64,000 nucleotides of DNA from the human T2T-CHM13v2.0 reference genome, Homo sapiens. This document shows, in pieces, positions 52,512 to 64,000 of the stretch (position 1 is its first letter; each line of letters opens with the position of its first letter). The stretch is taken from the NCBI RefSeq assembly GCF_009914755.1, contig NC_060935.1; one strand, 5' to 3'. The notes below the pieces were generated by a model. That model was not told the DNA's origin. It saw only the letters and a program-made list of their open reading frames with translations, and did no database searches. Both the position numbers and the translations under genes were made by a program.

Positions 52512-53264
52512 GATAAACTTCTTTCGTTTTCTTAGCCTCAGGGGCAATGTTTAAACATTATTAATATAAAATTTCCTACACATAAAAAATTTATTTTTAC
52601 TTCATTGTTTAGCTACGGTACATCATATACACCCTGCTTGAAATGTTCTTCCTCTTTATCAAGCCATGCTTCACTCCTCCCTGCAGAGTCTACTCAATAT
52701 TCATTTTCTTCACAAACATTTTCCAGCTAAGCTATTTGCACATTAGTCTTCATGACTGAAGACATAGATACACAGATCTTTTAACCCAAGTATCCCACGT
52801 GGTTGCAGCCCTGGACCAACAGAGGGCTATGGTAATGGGCTCTAAAAGCAATCATTCTTTGGTTCAGTAAAAATCTGCTGCACAGGAACTTAAGCCCCTT
52901 TTATAATCCTACCAGAGAGCTTTCAGGAAAATAAACATCTGAATCTACCATCCTTCCCAGGCCTCAAGGTATTTCCAAAGAGCCTAATTTCCACAGGACA
53001 CACAAAGTTAGTTCAGGTTAAGCATTCGGAGTTGTCTTTAAAAATAATAAAATAAAGTCAATAAAATAAGAAAAAAATAAACTAGGCAAGACCATCTGGG
53101 GATGTGAAGGGGTGGAAATGTGCATGAGTAAGGAAAAATCTTACTGTAGCAATGACTAACTTCTCTGTTCCTCCCTCACACCCAGTTTTTCTTATGCCCT
53201 TCCCAGTGGGGCAAACTTTTACATTATTCCACAGAATACTTAATATTATTATCCTAACATTTAA

Positions 53265-53596
<332 letters not shown>

Positions 53597-54900
53597 TAGA
53601 GAGTAAAATGATTGATATGGCAGAAGGGTTTTCTTTCTGCCTCATATTTTCAACCATTTTTTACATAGAAAATGAAATTAGAATGATCTGGGAAATCTAT
53701 CTTTACTAAAAGTTGGTCCTGTTATAACTTTATGGGGAAAACCTGACTTCTACACCTGTTCTGGCTCATTTAACCCTTTTTGATTTTATGCTTTTTTAGA
53801 GCTGTGGGAATGACACTGCCACCTTCTCTTGTTAAATTATGGGTGAATGTGCACATTGCCTTTCATGGTCAAAATCAAAGGCAAAACAACAGTAGCAGCA
53901 GCAAAAACAAGGACAACACCACCATCTCCTTGTACCCTGAGATAAATAAACACTTCCCCACTCAAACAAACAAGGTTGTTCCATCTAGTTCTAGTCTCTA
54001 AAATAAATGGAACCTCAGCGATTCCTATAAATTACTGACTCCCTAATAAAAACAATTTTGTTTCTGACCTTTGTAATGCTTATGTGTAAAGGTATGTGAT
54101 GACTTCTGTGTGTATAACAATTCCTTGAGAAAACTGCGCATTTTTCACTATAAACATATTAACTGTAAACTGCACAACTACAGTCAATTCTTTTTCTTTA
54201 AATGCCTGTTTGTTTTTATTAAGTTTTATCTGGTGAGCCAATTATTCAAAGGTCTAGACTCTAGTAAAATTTGCTAGAAAACATTTTATTTTCTAAAAGC
54301 TCTTGCCTGTAAGAATTTTTGTTTTAAATAAAAAACAAAAACAGGGTAAAAACTGTTTTCAGTAATCACAAAAGTCACCCTTTGCTTCATCCCTTCTCCC
54401 TTTATTGTGCACCTATTATAGGTTATACAATGTGTTTGAGCAGATGCAAAAAATAAGACTAATTTACTAACTTAATCTAATAAAGGGGCACAGATACAAA
54501 TAATCACAACAAAACACAAATGTAGGGTATATGCAAATGCAAATTGGGATGTGGCAACAAAAAATAAATAACAATGCGAGGTAGAAATAAATCTAAAGTT
54601 ATTCAAGCCTAACCTCCTCATTATACAGATGAGACTACTGGGAGTATTTTAGTCAATGTTGTACAGTGATTTAGGGGCTTAGTCTGGATAAAATCCAGTT
54701 TCCTGGAGCCTTCCAGAGCTCTCTCTAAAATATGTCTGTCATACCTGTTGTTGCAGTGCCTCCCTATAGGGCTATACTCATAGGATACAAAGTCATTATT
54801 GGCCATCCAATTCAGTCACATACTTATTGGTATTGACTTCCCAGTGAAGTTGAACCTAAAAGGAATCACTCAGTAAAAAATTAAAATCAGTTGTTTCTAG

Positions 54901-55310
<410 letters not shown>

Positions 55311-56039
55311 TAAGCCTTACCTTGAAAACTGGAGAAACCATTAAGAAAGAATATAGAAATTACAAGAAGGAAAGTGTGTCTGGTTTGGGGGAAGTGGATA
55401 GGAGTGAAAATTGGTGGGAGAGGATGTTCTGGGTTGATCTGTGTTCTGGCAGTAGAGTAGTCACATCCTGAGAACTTGGCAGCAAGAAACTTCAACCCTA
55501 GAAACTCTTGGGAATAGCCCTCTAACAGCTGCGGGTAGCTCTGCCTTAGCCTAGCTGGTCCCAGCTTCTCCTGCAGCTGCAGACTCTGTGGGTAATGAGG
55601 TTCCTGGGGCTCATTTTTGTTTTTTCAAATCTAGATCTTAAAGCAGCTTCAGGTCTTACCTTGAGAGACTATACAAGACCTGATTGGATAGAATTCCCCA
55701 GGAAAAGAGGTTGAATAAGCAAATAGCTTTGGGAGAGCATTTTTTATTTAGAACTTAAATATTTTCTCTAAAGTACATGATAGACAACTGATTAGGAGTG
55801 AAGAGTGCACTAGGGCTCTTGTGATGGTCTAAGAAGGTCGTAGAAGGTAGAATATAAGATTGTGTGTGGAATAAATATGTTAATAACCACATTGTCTTAC
55901 CAAGGGTTTCTTACATTTACCTTCAACTGTGTATGTGTGCACAGAAATATTTTAAGTTGCAGTAAAGTTCAGAGGAAATATAATGGAGGAGAAAAAGAAA
56001 CCAAGGGAATTGGAATGAAGAGAAGAACCTCAATGACAG

Positions 56040-56523
56040 TGTTATGAAAACACCAGGGGTTCAGTCTAGGTCCTGCGGCTCACCTCACAGAAAGCCAATC
56101 ACTGAGACAATGAGTATTGCCAGGGAGAAGGCTTTAATTGGGGAGATGGGAGATCACTCTTAAATCCATCTCCCTGACCAACTAATAGCAGGGGTTTATA
56201 CAGCAGGGAAGAAATGTAACTACCTACAGGAAAACAGGAATTAGGGAGGGGTAAGGAAGTGGAGTTGGTCAATAGGAAGCAGGTGGTAGGTTAGGCAATC
56301 ATGGTGGATGAAGGGGGTCTGGCCTCTCATTGTCCAGGTGTGGTCATTTGATAAGTTTCAGGTCTTTGATACTATCTGGGAGGCCTGATGATTGGTTTCT
56401 GAGAAAGAAACTCAGATAAGACAATTGAACTTTCTCAAGCTTTAAGACCGGGAGGGTCAATTTCTATGTTTATTCAAAAGAAATTATAAGCATCAGTTCT
56501 ATGGGACAATTGGGCCAGTTTCT
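56040..56523 (-). mobile_element. ERV1 solo LTR (MER66-like)
   Basis: Reverse-complement similarity to 29054-29529. Confidence 0.72.
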
Positions 56524-57134
56524 GTGGGATGCGTCACAGATGTCAATTGGCTTTTACGTGGTGATCTGTCCACCTCAGCCTCCCAAAGTGCTGGGATTAT
56601 AGGTGTGAGCCACTGCACCTGGCCACTCCAGTAATTTTAATTTGTGCCCTTTTAACTCATATAGCCAGCATTAGTCTTTGTCAATGTTAAGAAATGCATT
56701 CGTAGTTTCACTTTACTTTTACATCTTTATTCATTTTAGATTTTTATTGTATATGGGGTTTAACAAAGAATATCTTTTTTTTTCTGTCAGATAGATATCC
56801 CATTATTTCAATCCTATTTGGTCAACACTTCATTGAACACTTTCATAGAATTGAAATACTATATTTCTTAGACTAACATAGTTTAAGAATATTTATTCAC
56901 TCTGTTCTTATGAAATTTACAATTCAATCAAAACTTGAACCAGTTTCTAGACTACTACGTATTCTGTAATCCTGATTAAATTTTTTTGTGGCAGTAACAT
57001 ATTTATACATTTATATTATATTTATTTAAAAATACATATATATTTCAAATCAAGTGTTCTCTTCAGAAAAATTAGGCCATTTTCACCTTCATTGCTTTTG
57101 TTCTTCTTTAAAAAAATAATTGTAGAGTGTTTTA

Positions 57135-57447
<313 letters not shown>

Positions 57448-57728
57448 AGTTCACAGAAAATAATGCTGACATATTTATATTTACCACTAAACTTAAAAGT
57501 TATTAGTATTTTACTATATTTGCTTTTACTGTATTGGTTTATATTTTTATTCTCTTAAAAATAAAAAAATTGCAAATTGATCTAAATCCCTACTCTTTAT
57601 TTTCTTTTCCTGCCTGCCTAGCTAGAAGGACAACTTATCAAAAATTAAAAGATATCTATCCCATGTATGATTTTATATTTTCGTAGATACATATGATTCC
57701 ATGAGAAATATAAAGTGTTGTTTCATGT

Positions 57729-58441
57729 TGTAAACCAAAAATAAAACTCTAAGTCCCCTCAACCATCTAAATGGACCCCTACTCTCTGCTAAGGGCATTC
57801 CAAAGTTGGTTTGGACCATGACAGGAAGGGGGGTTGGACATGACGCATTATACTCTCCTCCCTTTTGGAATTCAGGAAAAGCTGATCAGCATTAACACCA
57901 ACACAGATCTTAAATCTAATAGGTCTGCGTTGGTGGTAATGCTGGTCAGTGGTGTTAATGCTGGTCAGCATTAGGAAATATTTACACTTGATCTTAGCCA
58001 AAAGGCCGAGAAGTCATAGTAGGAGATACTTATGATCTACTTTCTCCTAAGCCTGTTACCTGGAGGCTTCATTTGCATGATAAAACTCTGCTCTTCACAA
58101 CTCCTCATCTTAACCCACACTTTCCTTTCTATTGATTCCAGCTCTTTAGATAATTTAACTCTTTCAACCAGTTGCCAATCAGAAAAGTTTTAAGTCTATC
58201 TATAACCTGGAAGCCCCTGCTTCAAGGTGTCCTGCCTTTCCAGATGGAACCAATGTATTTTATTGATATCTCATGTCTCCCTAAAATGTATAAAACTAGG
58301 CTGTGCCCCAACCACATTGGGCACATGTTCATCCTGGGCACATGTTCTTCTTGCGCTGTGTTACCGGACATTGGTCAATCATATTTGGCTCAGAATACAT
58401 CTCTTCAAATATTTTGCAGAGTTTGACTCTTTTCATTGACA
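57729..58441 (+). mobile_element. MER4-group (D/E-like) ERV1 solo LTR
   Basis: tgtaaaccaaaaataaaa...gagtttgactcttttcattgaca; paralogous to 28228-28851. Confidence 0.85.
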
Positions 58442-58879
58442 GTGTGCTTAAAATTTAAATAACTAATATTTTACTATAGCTATTATTTTGTATCTTGCCT
58501 TTTTTTAACTCAGCAATATATTTTGATGATTTATTCCGGTTGACACCTAAAAACCTAATTCATTTATATTAACTATTGTATAACATTCCACGTAGGTATA
58601 AACTAGAGTTGGTTCACTCAATTCCTGATGAACAGATGAATTGTTTTTAATTTTTTAGTATTACAACTCACATTATAAAAAAAATTATTATACTTATTTT
58701 CTTGTCCATGTGTGCAGAGTGTGTCTATAGGTAAAACTTGCTTGGTCTTGGGTATTAACTTTTCCCTGATTACTACTGAGTTCCACATCTTTTCATAATT
58801 TTTTTGTCTTTATTTTGTTCTATAAAATTAGCATATTTTCTATTAGATTATTTGACCATTAAAAAATTAATTATTAACA

Positions 58880-59180
58880 GCCGGGTGGGGTGGCTCATGC
58901 CTGTAATCCCAACAATTTGGGAGGGTGAGGCAGGTGGATTACTTGAGGACAGGAGTTCAAGACCAGCCTGGCCAACATGGTGAAACCCCACCTCTACTAA
59001 AAATACAAAAATTAGCCGGGCGTGGTGGTGTGCACCTGTGGTTCCAGCTACTTGGGAGGCTCAGGCACGAGAATCGCTTGAGCCTGGGAGGCAGAGTTTG
59101 CAGTGAGCCAAGATGTAACCACTGCACTTCAGCCTGGGCAACACAGCAAGACTCTGTCCCCCTCCCCCCAAAAAAGAAAA
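58880..59180 (+). mobile_element. AluSx-like
   Basis: Dimeric Alu consensus. Confidence 0.9.
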
Positions 59181-60695
59181 GATTTTAACATAATGTGCAT
59201 ATAGATTCTTTGTTGTTTATTTGTGTTGAAAATATTATCTCCCAGTCTTTTTTTTTTCTACTTCCACTTGCTGAATTGGGTCATCTGTAATATAGAAGTT
59301 TTAATTTTAAAGTTGTTAAACGTATCAATCTTGGTTTACTGCTTCTAGCAATATTGTAGTCTTGAAATGCTGAAAGTTACCTGCTACACGGCCTCTAATC
59401 AGCTTTTTGCTGGATAACATATAATATTAAAATAAAAGCCGACTCTTCAAATTGTGTAGGTGGACTTGCCAGACAGTAGGGGAAATTTCTGAGGCCAGAA
59501 CAAAGTGAAAGCACCAGCCCAGATGGGACAGGTAGGTCTGAAGCTGCCAGCTGTACTTGGGGCCTCTCTTGAGGCAGGTGGTCTGGACCTGTGGTTTAAT
59601 GGAAGCACCCTCAGGTACAGGAGACCAGGCCTTGCACTGTGTAGGACGTGGAGGCAGGATCCAGCCCCTCACACAAGTGAGACCATGAAAGAAATATAGT
59701 CTCCGGAAAAGGATGAACTAGAAAAGATATCCATCCCACTTTTAAATTTCGGCCTTCGCTATGGATGGAGGAAAAGCAATCTTTTTGTGAATAGATGATC
59801 TTTCCCTAATTTTCTTTGTTAAAAAACTATAAGCAATGAATGTTAATGTAAAGTAGATCTGGGTCGTCAATGATCCCAGGTAACTGCAGCAGTGAATGCA
59901 AATCCTCTGTAGAGGAAGGCATCCTCAAAGCAGGACTGGAAACTATCCCCATAGAGATGTAAGAAATATAACCTCATAATAAAATAAAAGCTCAAAACTT
60001 ATGAGGGTACAGGGCACAATGAATATGAGTAAGCAGAAACAGTAGGTAGCAGAAACAGACCCCCAGAAACCTCAGTATGAAAATATTAGAATTGTTGGAT
60101 CCAGAAAAAGTAAGCTTAATATATTTTAAAAAATGAGAAGGAATAAAAAACATGGGTAGAGAACTAGAGACAAAATTATCAAGTAGATTTGATAAGGACA
60201 TAGATGGGATTTATAGAAAAATGTAATTACATTTAGCAAATTAATGGTTTCACTATACAGTAGATTAGACAGAGTTGAATACATTAGTAAATTGAAAGAG
60301 AGGAAAACATGATTCAGAATGCAGAGGAAAGGAAACAGAAAAACATAAAAGAGTAGGTAAAAGACATAAAAGGTAGAAGTAAGGGTCAGCTAAGTTTCTC
60401 TTAAAGAGCTGGATTATAAGTAATTCAGGTTTGTGGGCCATATGATTTCTGTCACAATTACTTAACTCTATTGTTGTAGCCTGAAAGCAGCCAGAGACAA
60501 TGTCTAAATGGGTGTGACTGTTCCAATCAAATGTTTACAAAACCAGGTGGTTCCCAGTGGGCTGTGGTTTGCTTGCCTAACTTGTGGACTAGAGTGTTCT
60601 AACAACCATTTAATTGCAGATACGAAATGAGAGAATCAAGAGAATTGGGGGAAAAGCAACATTTTAAAAAAAATCACAGAAACATGAAAGATATC

Positions 60696-61344
60696 TGTTG
60701 GAGCTCAGAGAATGATACCCCAAAGTATGATGCTTTGGCATGATAAGTACTTTGAACTAGAGATGGGAAGGCCTCAGATGCAGCCTCAGAAGCAAAGTCT
60801 CTTTCTGACCTTTGCCTGCCCTCCTATCTTTCACCTCTCTTTCTACCCTGAAAGGGGGAGAGAGTCATAAAAATCAGAATTCCTCTTCCCCAAGTCAAGT
60901 TGTAGAAACTAGAGCCTCTTTCCCTCAAAGAAATTCATAAAACCTAGAAAGGTCACTCTCTCCCTTCTCTCTTGAAGACCCTCCTTCCAAAGGGATTCTG
61001 TCTAATACCCAGGAGGAAGGAATGCTAAATAGAGAGGCCAAAAAGAGTCTGAACAGACAGGCTTTGCTGGATTTTCACTCTCGGTCTATTACCATTTGAT
61101 TATATCATTTTGTCCAGCCACATTTCTGCATGGCTGTCTATTCTCCATCAAACCTAAGCATAAAAATAGACAGCTTTCCCTGAATCTTTGGATCTTTGTT
61201 TCTGAAGGCATCCACATAATATAAAACTTTGACTGAATAAATTTGTTATGCTTTTCTCTTGTTAACTTGTCTTATAGGAGTGTCAGCTGTCACCCTTTTT
61301 GATGGATGAGGAAAGGTATCAATCACGTTGGTTCAACCCCTACA
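60696..61344 (+). mobile_element. MER39-like ERV1 solo LTR
   Basis: tgttggagctcagagaatgataccccaaagtatg...ggcctcagaagcaaagtctc...cccctaca. Confidence 0.75.
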
Positions 61345-62299
61345 CATTAATTTTCAGATTCAGGAATTTAAATAAATTATAAGTAAGATAAATAAAATAA
61401 AATTAACACATAGATATATCAGAGTAAAGTTGCAGAACACCAAAGACAATATAATGTAACATGAGCCAGAGAAAACATTATCATCCATGAAGGAACAAAA
61501 AGTAGATTGCTGACTATTCCACAGCACAATAAAAGTCTTAATAGTAGAGAAAATTACTGCTATCTTAGAATTTTACACCAAACTCTTCTAAAAAAACAGA
61601 CATTTTCGAATAAACAAAAATTGAGAGCATTTGCCACAAAGAGACTCTCACTAAAGGAAATTCTAAAAACCAACAACAACAACAAAAATCTAAGTTGAGG
61701 GATTAAAAAAGACCAAAGCATCTTGATGGTAACAATAGGTGAGTCAGGAGAGAGATAGTAAAGATAAAGCATCCATGTATCTCTGTGTTGTTAAGACGAA
61801 GGAGCGGGATATTGGTTAATTTAGATATTCTAAATTGCACATGTTAAAATTTCAGGATCCCCACTGAAAGAATAAAAAACAAGGTTAACAACTTTCAGAT
61901 CTGTAGATGGGGAAAATGAAAAACAAAACAAAACAAAACCTTAATTCAGAAGAAAGCAAAGAAGAAAAAAAGCAAAAGGAAGCACTGAAATAGTGGGACA
62001 AATAGAAAACAAAAGATATAAATGGAAATAGATCTAACTATGACAATTACCACAAAAAAGTAAGTTGATTAAATTATCCACTTAAGTGATATAGAATACC
62101 AGACTAGCTTTGAAAAAACAAACCTACAATATGCTATTTTCAAAAAAAAGCATCGAAAGTGTGCACCAGGCAAATGCAAAACAAAGGAAAGCAAGCGTAA
62201 CCTTATTCATATAAGCTAAAATAGATTTAAGGCCAAATGTATTAGAGTAAATAGATAATGTCACTAAATAATTAATAACATTTAGTTCACAAGAGATAG

Positions 62300-62709
<410 letters not shown>

Positions 62710-63704
62710 TGGTGGGAGGTTTTAACATACTTCTCAATAACTTATAGATCAAGAAGACAAAAATTATACCAGTACAGAACACTGGAATAACAACATGCTT
62801 GATCTACTGGACCTGTTTAAAACTCTTCACCACCAGATTAAAGGGTTTGTGCTTTTGCTTCCATAGATTTTCACTATTATTTATTTTATACCTTTTTAGT
62901 TGGGTACAAATATGCAGACACAAATATTCAGAGTTTTTCATGTTCTTAGTCCAGCAAATTTTTAAGAGTAGAGTTTTCACTTATTTTTATCAAACAGTTG
63001 TTTCTTGATTCTGAAGAATTATATACAGAAACAGAATCATTTATTGAGTTAAAGAGACATTCACAGTTTTTTACACATTTTGAAATTTTACTAATAATTA
63101 TAATGCACAAATTATGTGCAGTGAATTGTTTTAGATATTCTGTGAAATACATTGAGGCAAGGGATACTCTTTTCCCTTGTATTTGCTTTTTAGGGCTGCT
63201 TAGCAGTATCCTGAAAGCTGGGGTCATGGCAAGTGGAGGTAGGCATTCAGCATCCCACTTTGTCTATAAGAGGACAATTTCTGCTTTCTGCCATCACATA
63301 AACTGAAACCTGGTAAGGGCAATGGGTATAGCATGATGCAATATAGGTACTTTATATGCTGACTTATAAGAAAATTTCACCTGGTTTAATTTTTAATCCT
63401 TTTTCTTAGGCTGCAATCAAGTCATACATTTAAGAAACTTGCATTATTAATTAATATTCTCTTCATTCAAATGATATGAGAAGAATCAAGATGATTCATG
63501 GAACATTATCTCTTTCTATGCAATATATTGAGAGGGCTGAAAAGAGGACACCCACATGTAAATGGAAGATGTAAACCTCTCTCTGCATTGTTTACCTCTT
63601 TGTTCTTTCTAAACTTTGGAATGTCTTGCCTTTCTTCATGTGTGATTAGCACAGGATATATTTCCCAATGCCTTTCCCAAGTTCAATGTCACATAATCAA
63701 ACTT

Positions 63705-64000
63705 TAAGGAAGCAGATAGATCCCCTAACAGGTCACTGTTTCCTAAAAACAGTAGACTGCAGTCTACCTGAGTCAGTGGAATAAGAAAATCTCCTCTGCA
63801 AAAACAGTCTTCTTATAAAAAGTAACCTGCAGTAACCTGATTTTAGTTAATTAGGTTTCTTTTTTTCTATTGTTGTTTCTTTGTTCCTGCGTTACAAAAC
63901 CCACTATTCTGCCATTGCCCAGTGGGAGCTATCATTGTATTTTGTAGAATGGATGCTGTCCCAATTCATGAATTGCAAATGAAAGCCAATTAGATCTATA
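63705..64000 (+). mobile_element. Probable ERV1 LTR running off the window end
   Basis: gaatggatgctgtcccaattcatgaattgcaaatgaaagccaattagatct resembles an LTR R/U5 region. Confidence 0.5.

Overview
Human genomic DNA. From the recognised proteins this is the ZNF202 / OR6X1 locus (11q24, by recall). The left 18.5 kb holds the complete minus-strand SCAN-KRAB-C2H2 gene ZNF202. Six coding exons can be spliced by hand via GT-AG sites into 1947 nt = 648 aa + stop. There are three likely 5' UTR exons, a CpG-island promoter at ~18.3-18.6 kb and a ~2 kb 3' UTR. An intact single-exon olfactory receptor CDS (OR6X1, 312 aa, minus strand) lies at 30367-31305. The rest is repeat-dense intergenic DNA: Alus (including a young AluYb8), old L1s, ERV1/MaLR/ERVL LTRs, MIR/L2, hAT MITEs, microsatellites and a retroposed U1 snRNA pseudogene. 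I see no convincing new biological system. The best second-look items are a KRAB-like motif string in the open reading frame running into ZNF202 intron 4, two Ebf/homeodomain motif clusters with minus-strand splice donors that look like OR promoters, stacked uORFs in the ZNF202 leader, a U1 retrocopy with a 3A>C change, and several local template-switch or duplication scars. Repeat subfamily names are from memory of consensus sequences and are approximate.
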